In this document: piece by piece, positions 14,361 to 25,052 of the stretch
Numbering within the stretch: the stretch's first letter is position 1
Layout of the letters: each line of letters starts with the position of its first letter
DNA from: Vicugna vicugna
Lineage: Eukaryota
Direction of reading: 5' to 3'
NCBI GenBank assembly: GCA_013265495.1
Contig: MU058384.1
Span: forward strand, 929,622 to 984,753
DNA length: 55,132 nucleotides
Position numbers and translations under genes: made by a program
Notes under the pieces: model-generated
The model's input: the letters and a program-made list of their open reading frames with translations, nothing else
What the model was told of the DNA's origin: nothing
Databases searched by the model: none

Positions 14361-14639
14361 CCAGGGAAAGAGAAAACTGGAGGAGTCGTTTAACACCCCA
14401 TTTAATTAGCCGTGGCCTTCTTCTTGGACCATCAAGACCTTCTGCAGCCTCTTCCTAATACATCGCCACCTCCAGCCATGCACCCAAAAGAGGAGAAATT
14501 CTCTACTCTGTCTCCTGTTTCTTTTCCACCCCACTCTCAATGTGGCGCATGCCTCTTATATGTCAGCTCAGATCCTCCCAGCTCAATATTTCTAAAGCCA
14601 ATTATTTTCAGTAATTATATTGCTATTCATATAATATTT

Positions 14640-14990
14640 TACTATACATCAGGCATGGTTCTGGAAACTTTGAATGTGTTCACTCACTTAACCCTGAGAG
14701 CAACCACATTTTTAATATTATCTACATTTCATTTTATTTTCTGGGTGGGGGGTAATTAGGTTTAGTTACTTGTTTTATTTTTAGAGGAGGTCTTGGGGAT
14801 TGAACCCAGGACCTTGTGTATGCTAAGCATGTGCTCTACCACTTGAGCACATTATTATCCAATTATTATCTACATTTTATAGATATGGAACCTCATCTGA
14901 GAAGTTATGCCCCTTTCCTGAAAATTTTCATCTGGTTGGCATGAAGTCAGAATTTAAACTTATGAGTCTAGTTCCAAAGCCATGCTTTCA
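14640..14990 (-). mobile_element. MIR SINE interrupted by a younger SINE
   Basis: attattatctacattttatagatatggaac...gaagtcagaatttaaac...gtctagttccaaagcc antisense MIR core. Confidence 0.7.
14730..14848 (-). mobile_element. tRNA-derived SINE of camelid Vic-1 type
   Basis: Antisense A/B boxes (gctcaagtggtagagc; gggttcaatcccc), cctaattacccccc motif, 14-bp TSD tattatctacattt at 14716-14729 and 14864-14877. Confidence 0.85.
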
Positions 14991-15179
14991 AAAATGTTTT
15001 ATATGTATGTTTTTTACTGGTTTTACATTCCTGGGTCAGAAAATGCATTTTTTAAAGAATGACCCTCATTCTCTGACAGTTCAGTGTTTTATCTCCACCT
15101 TTTATAACAGTTCTTAAGTTATATTTCATTCTTTGATCTTGATGTGCATGTCCAATAGCCAGTTTGGACTATAAGAGCT

Positions 15180-15560
15180 TTGAAAGTAAATTCCAAACAA
15201 ACTAGTCAGGAACTTGGATAGTGAAGGCATAGGAAGCATCTATATTTCTTTATCTACATACGTTGAATACCTTGAATTTACATTGATATGTCCAATTCCA
15301 ATTTAATATCATAGATTTTATTCTAGTTTTCTCCCTTTCCATATTTGTATGTCTTATTGTCTCTTCTTTGACATTAAGAAGCTTGGTTACTATAATCCTC
15401 ATTATATTTACTTATTGAATTAACCACCCTAAGTGTAATTACCTTTTTGTTGCTGTCACCACCCTCTTCACCCTACTGTCACTATCTTATAATGGACACC
15501 CTTTATTCCCACTCAGACCCAGCATCTCTGCATATTATGCCTTCCTTCTCTGTGCTGGGT
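15180..15560 (-). mobile_element. Old L1 3' fragment (L1MC-like)
   Basis: tccaattccaatttaatatcatagattttattctagttttctccctttccatatttgta. Confidence 0.5.
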
Positions 15561-15611
15561 GTGTGTGCTATTTCACTTCTCACTGTGTAATGGTTTTTGG
15601 ACTGAATTATT

Positions 15612-15712
15612 CAGAAAAGAAGAAAGACAAAAGAAGAAAGGAAGGAAAGAAGGGAGGGAGGAAAGAAGAAAGGGAAGGAGGAAGAAGAGGAAAAAGGAGG
15701 GAGAAAAGAAAG
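15612..15712. repeat. Polypurine (GA-rich) low-complexity tract
   Basis: agaaaagaagaaagacaaaagaagaaaggaaggaaagaagggagggagg... Confidence 0.9.
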
Positions 15713-15769
15713 GATCACTATTAATTTTTAAACATTTGAGAATATTAATTAACAAAAAGATACTTATTA

Positions 15770-16092
15770 AAAATGCTTTGGAGGAAGGGCAAATATAAAC
15801 CTACCAACCAAAATTGCAAAATTTTAAAAACTTTTTGACATAAAAATACTACATGTCTGTATCTATGAACTGTCATAGTATACATTTAAAACAGTGGTCA
15901 GAGAAGAATTCATAGCCTTAAATAATTATATCAATGAAAGCAAAGGAATAATATTAAGTGAATTAAATTCCCAGCTCAAAAACCCAAGGTAAGCACCAGA
16001 AAGGAAACAATAAAGATAAAATCAGCAATTCAAGAGGTTAAACACAGAAAAGAAAATAACCAAATAAATTTGTAAATAAAAATGCTTTTCTT
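15770..16092 (+). mobile_element. Old L1 ORF2 fragment, left part (host of the young element)
   Basis: aaaacagtggtcagagaagaattcatagccttaaat...aattaaattcccagctcaaaaac; continues after 19123. Confidence 0.7.
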
Positions 16093-17372
16093 GAGAGAAG
16101 CAAGATAGCAGAGTAGAAGGTTGCTTGTAGCTCACTCTCTCCCACAAATACACCAAAACTCACATCTACGGACCTACTCAGACAACCAGAGCACCTGCCA
16201 AACTCCGACAGAACATTTGCCCTCTTCGAAAAACAAAGACGCCAAAAATCTGGTAGGAGAAAAGGAAAAAAGAAAGAAGAAAAAGCAAAACAGTGTGGGA
16301 CCGATCCCATGGGGAGGGAGCAGCAAAGGAGGACTGGCGCTCGTTTGCTGGGTCTCTCCTCTCCAACGGAGAGGCCAGCGGGATGGAGGGGGAGCCTCCG
16401 AGGTTCAGATCTGCCCCGAGAACCCCTTGACCAGCAGAACTGAGTTAAATGGGCACAAAGGGTCCCCGCAACACCCAGCTTGAAATGTGAGCAGGCAGCT
16501 GGGGGCTGGGACAGGCCGCCCAAGCCAGGAGGAGGACTGGAGCAGCAGCACTGAGGCAGCCCCGGGGGACTGCTGTGCGCCGTGGCTGGGAGGGGATGGA
16601 GCAGAACAACCTCGGTCCCCCAAAAATTGTGAAAAAAGCGAAACAACACAGCTGGTGTGCCCTGGGGGAGGGACACCATAGCCTTTGTCTCCTCAGCCAC
16701 AGCCACTACCTCCTCCTGTGCACAGCGCCCGGTTGGGGGTGGGGCCAAGACCTGAATCCGCACCCATTGCCTCTGCAACCTCCTAGGCAGGACTGAGACT
16801 TGTTTACAGCCCGAGGCAGATAGGATCTTTCTGCCCTGGCACCTCAGAGAACTCGCACTGCCAAGAAAAACAAGGAGCTGAGATTTGGCACAGAGCAGGG
16901 GTGGTGCTGTTCCGCGGCCTTCCCAGAGTCCACCTTCAGAGCACCTACCTAAGGCGGAGCAGGTAGCTGCACAGAGCAGTGGAGCAACAGGCACCTTGAA
17001 AGGGCGGGAGGCCACCTGCCTTTCCTGGCAGGAATGCAGCACCTGATCACAGTGCTGGGAGGGGGCACGATCCACCTACTTGCCTCGCCCAAGTGCAGCA
17101 TCTTACCACTGCATAGGGAGGGGGAGTGGCCCGCCTGCCCACCTCATAAGAGATCAGCACCTGACCCAGTGTTGGGAGGGGGTGCGATCTGCTAGCCAAC
17201 AGCCACTGGGAGCAGCACAGTCCAGGGCGCCAACAGAGGGCCTTTGGAAACAGCAAGCTGAGTCGTGAAACAGGGTGAAGACACAAAGACCTCTCAATAA
17301 AACCACACTGTCTCCAGGAGAACTAGATAATTGATACTCCTTAAGCCACAGTGTCAGAGAGATATAAGCAAT
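16093..17372 (+). promoter_or_regulatory. L1 5'UTR / internal promoter of copy 1
   Basis: GC/CpG-rich; decayed YY1-type motif caagatagca at 16101-16110 (canonical CAAGATGGCG). Confidence 0.75.
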
Positions 17373-18263
17373 ATGAAGAAGCAGAGGAACCATTCCCAAT
17401 TAAAACATCAAGAGAAATCCCCTGAAAGCACGATCAAGGATATAGACATTGATGACCTACTACATCAAGATTTCAAAAAAGGAGTGATCAAAGTACTGAA
17501 GGAACTAAAAGAAATAGTGTTTAGAGACATAAAATGTCAAAAATGAAATAGAAGCTATAAAGAAGAACCAAGTACAATTAATAAACTCAATTGCAGTGAT
17601 GAGAGCTGACCTAAAGGCTGTACAAAGCAGGCTAGATATTGCAGAGGAACAAATCAGTGACCTAGAAGACAGGACAACAGAAAGCACCCAATCATAACAG
17701 CTAAGAGAAAAACAATTAAAAACAATGAAAACAATATAAGGGACCTATGGGATAATATAAAACATGCCAATCTACACATAATAGGGGTTCCAGAAGGGGA
17801 AGAAAGAACAAAGGGGATTGAAAAGGTATTGGAAGAAATCATGACTGAAAACTTCCCAAACCTAAAGGAATCAGATATCCAAGTACAGGAGGCTCAGAGG
17901 GTCCCAAACAGGAAGAACCCAAACAGACCCACACCAAGACATCATCATCAAGATGGCCAGAGTCAAGGATAAAGAAATGATCCTAAAGGCAGCAAGAGAA
18001 AAACAAAGAGTGAGTTACAAGGGAACCCCTACCCTAGAAGGCTCTCAGCTGATTTCTCTACACAAACACTACAGGCCAGTAGGGAGTGGCAAGACAGATT
18101 CAAAGTCCTGAATGAAAAAAAGGTGCAGCCTAGGATACTCCATCCAGCAAGGCTATCCTTTAGAATAGAAGGAGAGATAAAGAACTTCACAGACAAGCAA
18201 AAACTAAAAGAGTTTAGCAACACTAAACCCATGCTAAAAGAAATATTGACAGGTCTCCTCTAA
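17373..18263 (+). pseudogene. L1 ORF1p pseudogene, copy 1
   Basis: MKKQRNHSQLK...; LWDNIKHANLHIIGVPEGEE; ENFPNL; RLSADFS..TLQASREW; RILHPARLSF; FTDKQKLKEF; several frameshifts and a stop. Confidence 0.95.
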
Positions 18264-18405
18264 ATAGAAGAGAAGCAGGATGCTACACAAATGAGAAACT
18301 CAGAACTGGAAAGGAGATAACTGCCATGAATTACAAAAAGAATAAACACAAAATTGTAAAAGAAGACATCTAAATCATTAAGAGTGGGAGAGGGAAGCAA
18401 GGAAA

Positions 18406-18775
18406 GCCACTGTGGAAAATAGTATGGAGATTCCTCAAAAGACTAGGAATAGACTTACCTTATGACCCAGGAATCCCGCTCCTGGGCATATATCCAGAAG
18501 AAACCCTACTTCAGAATGACGCCTGCACCCCAATGTTCATAGCAGCACTATTTACAATAGCCAAGACATGGAAACAGCCTAAATGTCCATCAACAGATGA
18601 CTAGATAAAGAAGAAGTGTTATATTTATACGGTGGAATACTATTCAGCCATAAAAACCAACAACATAACGCCATTTGCAGCAACATGGATGTTCCTGGAG
18701 AATGTCATTCTAAGTGAAGTAAGCCAGAAAGAGAAAGAAAAATACCATATGGGATCGCTCATATGAGGAATCGAA
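18406..18775 (+). pseudogene. L1 ORF2p C-terminal remnant, copy 1
   Basis: PLWKIVWRFLKRLGIDLPYDPGIPLLGIYP...CTPMFIAALFTIAKTWKQPKCPSTDD*IKK...EYYSAIK...ILSEVSQ. Confidence 0.95.
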
Positions 18776-19123
18776 AAAACCAAAACAAAACAAATCATAA
18801 ATACAAAACAGAAACAGACTCATAGACATAGAATACAAACTTGTGGTTGCCAAGGGGGCGGGGGGTGGGAAGGGACATACTGGGATTTTAAAATGCAGAA
18901 TAGATAAACAAGATTATATTGTATTGCACAGGAAAATATATACAAGATCTTGTGGTAGCTCATAGCAAAAAAAAATGTGACAATGAATATATATATATGT
19001 TCATGTATAACTAAAAAATTGTGCTCTACACTAGAATTTGACACAACAGAGTAAAATGACTATCACTCAATAAAATTTTTTTAAATAAATAAAGAGTTAT
19101 TATTAAAAAAAAATGCTTTTCTT

Positions 19124-19470
19124 AAAAAAAACCAACAAGGTAACATAATTAAAAAAATACTGCACATAAATGTGCAAATTCATGGATAACTAGAAGAGAT
19201 TGTTAAAACCAAACCAGAATAAAAATTATAAAGGATATTTTGCAAAATTTCATACAAATCAATTTTAAAGCCTAGATAAAATCCATTATTTTCTAGAAAA
19301 AAATTTATCAAAATTGACTCAAGTTGAGGTTGAAAGCTTAAACAGATCAATTTCCATGTAAGTAGAGAAACGTATCAAAAAAGGACAAGGTTCAGATAAT
19401 TTTATATGTAAATTCTTTCACCCTTCAAAGATTAAATCATTTCAATGACTTGACTTTTTATTTTAACAAT
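19124..19470 (+). mobile_element. Old L1 ORF2 fragment, right part
   Basis: ttttctagaaaaaaatttatcaaaattgactcaag...aacagatcaatt...aggttcagataatttta. Confidence 0.7.
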
Positions 19471-19482
19471 GCAAAATCTGAT

Positions 19483-20110
19483 TGTGGTAGGCAGAATTCT
19501 AAGACAGTCTGAAGATTTCCACTTTCTAATGTAAATGCTCTCTTCAATCCCCTTCCCTTTGTGTGAGTAAAACCTGTGAATAAGATATCACAACCTTGAT
19601 AGTACCACGTTTTATGGCAGAAGGGCAATTATCCCGTGTAGGCCTGACCTAATCAAGTGAATGTTTTAAAAAAAGGATTTTCTCTGGCTACATGGTGGTG
19701 GTGGAGACAGAGAAATGTGCTCTTGGTTGCCTCGGTGAGAAAGAAGCAGCTGTCACGTTCTGAATTTCCCATGGACATCCCTTGGCAAGGAGCCACCGCC
19801 CACCTGGAAAAGTTGCGAGTGATCTCTGGCTAACATTTTCTAAGAAAATGGGGACCGTGATCATACAGCTGCAAGAAAATGAATTCTTTCAACAGACTGA
19901 GGGAGCTTGGAAGCAACTCTCCCTAGTCAAGCCTCCAGATGCAGCTGGCTGATACCTTGATTTCAGCTTGTGAGCTCCAGAGAAGGGAACCTCGCTAAAA
20001 TGTGCTGCACTTCTGATCCTCAGAAACTGGAAGAAAATGAATTTGTGTTGTGTTAAGCTGCTAAATTTGTGATTTGTTATGATTTGTTATGTAGTAACAG
20101 AGTACCAATA
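19483..20110 (+). mobile_element. MaLR LTR (MLT1E/F-like)
   Basis: tgtggtaggcagaattctaag start; gcaagaaaatgaattct; ttgtgttgtgttaagctgctaaatttgtg end. Confidence 0.85.
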
Positions 20111-20149
20111 GGCTCATCAAACACAACAGTAAATTAGGATAAACTGACC

Positions 20150-20790
20150 TCCTGAGTGTCCAAGTGTAGAATCTCTGAAATAGACAATGCAACAGACAAC
20201 ATTACCTAAGCAGTATCCCTATTAAAACGTTTAACTTGTATCTGAGTGTGAGAAGCCAGCCAGACAAATCCACACTGACAGACACACCCCACAACCACTC
20301 GTCTGGTTTCCTCAAAAGTATGTGTCATGGAAAAAAAAAAGGTAGGAAAGCATACTATGTTAAAAGTTTAAAAGAGACTAAAGTGGCATTTTAAAGCAAT
20401 GCACAACCCAAGCAAGACCAAGAAAAACAGTTTATCAAACACATAAGTAGTATTGTCATATCATAAATAACATAGCATAAACATTAATGACATAAATGAG
20501 AAATTTTAAATATGGGCCCTATAGTATACAATGCTATTTTGTTAACGTTAAATTTTCTGAGCCTGTCCATTGTCATATAGTTATGCAGGACAGTGCTCTC
20601 ATCTTAGACAACATGTGACAAAGTGTTTAGCAATGAATTAATATCCTGTCTGTAAACTACCTCTCAAATGGCTGAGAGAAAGAGAGAGAGGGAAAATGTT
20701 TAAGGATGGTGAATCTGCAAGTATCTGTATCCATTGCAATAATCTCAATTATAATACCCCTTTCTGTGCATTTGCATTTAAAAAATAGTG
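20150..20790 (+). mobile_element. Old L1 3'UTR (L1MC4/L1ME-like)
   Basis: cagacaaatccacactga; aaaagagactaaag; gttaaattttctga; ggtgaatctg. Confidence 0.6.
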
Positions 20791-21659
20791 AATAAGGATC
20801 AATAGTTGCTGATGGCTTCAAGTTCCTGCATTTTAAATAAAAATATTTCCATTATTCATCTAGCTCACTATAGGTTTTTTTTTTCTACAAGAAATGAGGC
20901 CTGAATTTAATAATTTTTTGTGTCCTCAAGATAATCAATTAAGTAATTTTCTTTTAAACAGTTAATGTAATGAAACACATAAATAAATTTTCTAATTGTA
21001 AAACATCGTCTTCTTTGAGTAAACTATTTTCGGCCATGGGAGATTAATCTGGTGGATTGATTTGCTATTGTGTTTCTTCTTTTGAGTCTTACTCACAAAT
21101 GAGATTGCCTTCTAATTTTCCTTTTTTCTCGTCATATCTTTATTCATTGTTTAAAATCAGAATATGAAAGCCTAATAGAAGTTATTAAAAAGCTTTCCAG
21201 AGTTTCTTTTCTATTTTGCTGCCAATGCCCACCAGTAGATCACAGCACATCAGGAATGATGACTGTTCTCTAGCACTTTTTGTCTTATTAATGCCAGGCT
21301 CACATATTGTTTTTAATAAAATTATATTGGAAACAAAAAAAGAACAAGGACAGGTATGTGGGATGGGAAATGGAGATTGGAAGGCCTGTAAGGAGCTAAT
21401 TTTAATAGTAAAAAGCAAATGGCTATACTGCCAGTAAAAAGGGAAGGACCTCTGGCAATATTTAGTTCCCTCTGAAGACTGGATTGATGCAATGTGGAGG
21501 AGTAGTCAGAAATGATTCCATTTTCAGACACTAAAAGCAAATGACATCGTTCTAGCTAGTTATATTTTGACTAATATATTCTTTAGCTCTAAATTTACTT
21601 TAAAAGACTGATTTATATTATACTTGATAACTCATATAAAAAAATCACCATTTCCTGCG

Positions 21660-21830
21660 AGTCTTCCAACATCCCTGTGATGTAAACAAGGCTGAAGATA
21701 TTAGCTCTATTTGGAGATTATACAATTGAGACAGGGAAATTAAGATACTTGACAAAGGTAGTGCAGACAATGAAGAACCAAATTTAAAGCCAGGCTCCTA
21801 GATTTTTGGAATTTTTATTTCTTCCTGCCA
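21660..21830 (-). mobile_element. MIR SINE
   Basis: aacatccctgtgatgta...aattgagacagggaaattaagatacttgacaaaggt. Confidence 0.55.
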
Positions 21831-21834
21831 TGTT

Positions 21835-22258
21835 CTTATGAGTTGAACTGTGTCCCTCCCACTCCCAAGCAGGCATGTTGAAGACCTAAGGCCCATACCT
21901 CAAAATATGACCTTATTTGGAAATAAGGTGATTGTAGATGTAATTAATTAAGATGTCATACTGGAGTAAGGTAGGCATTGGATAAACTGGTGTCTTTCTA
22001 AAGAGAGGGAATTTGGACAGTCACACCCACAGGGAGAACTCCATGAAAAGATGAAATGCCAAAAATGGCCAGTAAGCCCACAGAATCTAGAGGAGAGACA
22101 TGGAACAGATTCTCCATCACAGCCCTCAGAAGGAACCAACTCTGCCAACAGCTTGATCACAGCTTTCTAGACCCTAGAACTACAAGGTAATAAATTTTTG
22201 TCTTTTAAACCACCCATTTTGTGGTACTTTGTAACCACAGTGCTAGTAAATTCATACA
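21835..22258 (+). mobile_element. MaLR LTR (MLT1B/C-like)
   Basis: ttgaactgtgtccc...tgaccttatttggaaataagg...gaacagattctccatcacagccctcagaaggaaccaactctgccaaca...ttgtggtactttgt. Confidence 0.85.
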
Positions 22259-22995
22259 CATCCCTTGCTGTATTTTCAGGTAGGAAATTGAAATGATCAA
22301 AAATTAAATAAATGTGTTTTGTATTTCCTCCTCTTACTTCACTAAACTTTCATATATGTTATGATTATTTTTATCTAATCTCATATGCTGGAATGATGTA
22401 AATATTACAGAAAAGCAATTTACTTTAAACTTTAACTTGCATCCAGATGGACAAAATTTAAATTTACTGAGTGAAAAATCATAACATGTCTTTTATGTAG
22501 CTGTATGTTTCTGAAACTAACATCTTCATATATAATTATAACAGATCATTAATCCTCAAAGTTTCCATTTATCATGCAGGTTTTTAAAATTAAAATATAG
22601 TGATAATTTTATTTCTATTCATGTGAAGGCACAGTTAATATTCTGTGAATTATTCAGCATAAGTAAGTCACATGCAGTATCTCATAAATGTTTATATTAA
22701 ACAATGGTTCTTTGTTTATATGAAATTTAAATTTAACCATATTTCCCTTTTTTTGTCTGGTACCCCTAGACTACCTCAACTAATAATTTTTGGCTACAAG
22801 ACTTCAAGTGAATAAAAATCAACAAAGCCATAATGAATCCTCCAGATATGGCACTGTGTCAGTACCAGATGGTAGGGAGAGGTTAGTAACTAATACAATT
22901 GAAAAAACAACAAAATGTAATACATCAAAAGTTGCACTGATATCAAGATCACCCATTATTGTGAATCAACTGATTCAAAAGAAGCAATTTCATAT

Positions 22996-23488
22996 TGTGA
23001 ATGAAAAATACTACAAACCTATCAGTAAACAAAGAATGCTGAAGCCATCAAGTCCTCAACAGCTGCCACCACACTTTAAGACAAGCCTGCAGCCCAGCCT
23101 CTGCAGCCACTCCTAATGGTGCACTCTGAGGGGACTCAGAATAAGAAAGGACAGGATACTGGCCCTAGATAGCTAGGTGCTTGTCAAAGAAATGAATTCA
23201 ATGAGCCCAAATGTTTGCTTCCTCCTATACATAGAAAAGTGCTAAATTCTTTAACTTGAGATGCCTGGTTTTCTCTAGTTAACAAGTAATCTTTTAATGT
23301 TCCAAATACCTGGTCTTTATTGTAAAACTCCTAAATATCCTAGCTCTTCCCCTGCCTTTTCGGAGCAGTCCCTCAGAACTATCTGAGAGGCTGTCATTCC
23401 AGGCTCAAAGGGGTTCGAGTTCTCAGAAATGTCCGCCAAATAAAACATAGCTCTCAACTTTTAGGCTGTGCATTTATTTCAGTGGACA
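22996..23488 (+). mobile_element. ERV1 solo LTR, MER41-like
   Basis: TG...CA termini, flanks atat/gtat, ggagcagtccctcagaactatctgagaggctgtc, aataaaacatagctctcaacttttaggctgtgcat..ttcagtggaca. Confidence 0.75.
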
Positions 23489-23749
23489 GTATCTATCCAG
23501 GAACTACTGATCACCTTCAGTCATTTTAAGATAAACCAACAGCGGTAAATTGAGTATTCAGATTGATATTGAAGAATAGAATATGCCAGTGTCTTACAGT
23601 AAGCAAGAATAATAATCTAAAGTATTTATAACTTTATGAATAATAATGACCCATTTGCTTTTGATAGGTTAAACATTTGCTTTCAATTTTAAGGGCACTT
23701 TTAGGATATATTATCTTACTGCACTTAATAAAACAGAATACCTGAATTT

Positions 23750-24170
23750 CAAAAAAGAGTTCCTTGCTAGAGTTTGCTCTCGCTATTCTTTGGTGATAGC
23801 ACATTCTTCTCCCAGATTGTTAGATGACTAGCTGCTTCATGTTGTTCTATTATCAGTTCACACCCCACCCTCTCCAAGAAGCTTTCATTGGCCACTTTCT
23901 AAAGAAGAACTGACCATATTCACACTATTACCTCATTGTATTTTTTCTTAATGCTTAATACTATTTGAGCTTGCATTTTCAATATGCTTTTTGTTTATTT
24001 CTGATGTACTTTTGTTTACTTTTAAAACATAATTACCTTACTGGTATCTAAGTTCCATGATGTCCAATGTCTTGTTTATGCAATTCATAATGGTATTCTC
24101 TGAGCTTAGCCCTGTACTTAATCTAAGCATGGTATGGAACTCCCACATTTAATTAATGAGTAAATTAATC
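23750..24170 (+). mobile_element. L2 3' fragment
   Basis: ctctccaagaagctttc...taagttccatga...gtcttgttta...ttaatgagtaaat. Confidence 0.55.
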
Positions 24171-24511
24171 TATCTTGAATGATTTGAATATTCAACAGAA
24201 ATGGAGCATCTATAATATATGCATAGGTGGTGGTTACAAAAAACAGCCAAATATCCAGTCACTAAACTTTCATGGAAAGAGATAGAACTTAACTACTTAA
24301 TCAGTATGCCCATAAATTCTGTAGGCTACATTTTGTGTTGAAACATTATGATAATATGTATACCTAAACTCCTTCCTTTATGCATCAAAATGCCCTAGAA
24401 AATGTCCTGTTCTCTTTTGTTTTACATTTGCCTCTATATAGAGTGCTTTCCTTTATGTTCAAGCTTGTCTTCTCGATCTGTGGTTAACTTTCTTAATATC
24501 TCCTGATGTTC

Positions 24512-25052
24512 TGTGGTACACAGGATTTTAAGATAAGCCCCAAATGAGCCAAATTGTTGTATAATTCTTTCCCCTTAAGTGTGGGCAGAGCCTGTGATTT
24601 GCTTCTAGCCAGTAAAATATGACAAAGGTGATGGGATAGCCATTCTCATGATTAGCAGCCTACAGCAAGACATTCTCCTTCAGACTCTAAAGAAGTAAGC
24701 TGTCATGTTGTAAAAGGGGGCCTGTGAGAGGGCCACATAGCAAGGAATTGAGGGCTCCTAGGAGCTATGAGCCCCAGCCGATAGTTAAGAAGTATACAGA
24801 GACCTCAGTCCTACAACTAGCAGGAAATTAATTCTTCCAACAACCAAGTGTGTTTGGAAGAGGCCCTCAAGCTCTAAAAAGGAATGCAGCCCAGTCAAGG
24901 CTTGCATTGAAGCCTTGTGGGACCCTGAGCAGAGATCCCAGCAGAATGATGCCTGGACTCCTGACCCATAGAAACTATACAGTAATAAATATATGTTGTT
25001 TTAAGTCACAAAGTTGTGGTAATTTGTTACACAGCAATAGAAAACCATTGCA
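24512..25052 (+). mobile_element. MaLR LTR (MLT1F/G-like)
   Basis: ccccttaagtgtgggcagagcctgtgatttgcttcta...gagagggccacatagcaaggaa...gttttaagtcac...gtaatttgttacacagcaatagaaaac. Confidence 0.85.

Larger units (their letters stand above)
16093..19108 (+). mobile_element. 5'-complete, ORF2-deleted L1 derivative (half-L1-like), copy 1
   Basis: GC-rich 5'UTR starting gagagaagcaagatagcagagtag, ORF1, junction to ORF2 C-terminus at ~18405, 3'UTR with G-tract, AATAAA and A tail, 15-bp TSD aaaaatgcttttctt (16078-16092 and 19109-19123). Confidence 0.95.

Noticed and set aside
14775..14848. tRNA-like A and B boxes
   Set aside because: Head of a SINE with tail and TSD, not a tRNA gene
15559..15798. Lys/Arg/Glu-rich ORF
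   Set aside because: Translation of a GA low-complexity tract
18029..18232. 67-aa ORF identical to the ORF at 52972-53175, suggesting a duplicated gene
   Set aside because: It is antisense to L1 ORF1 and lies inside the homogenised tract; the identity reflects DNA-level homogenisation, not a protein
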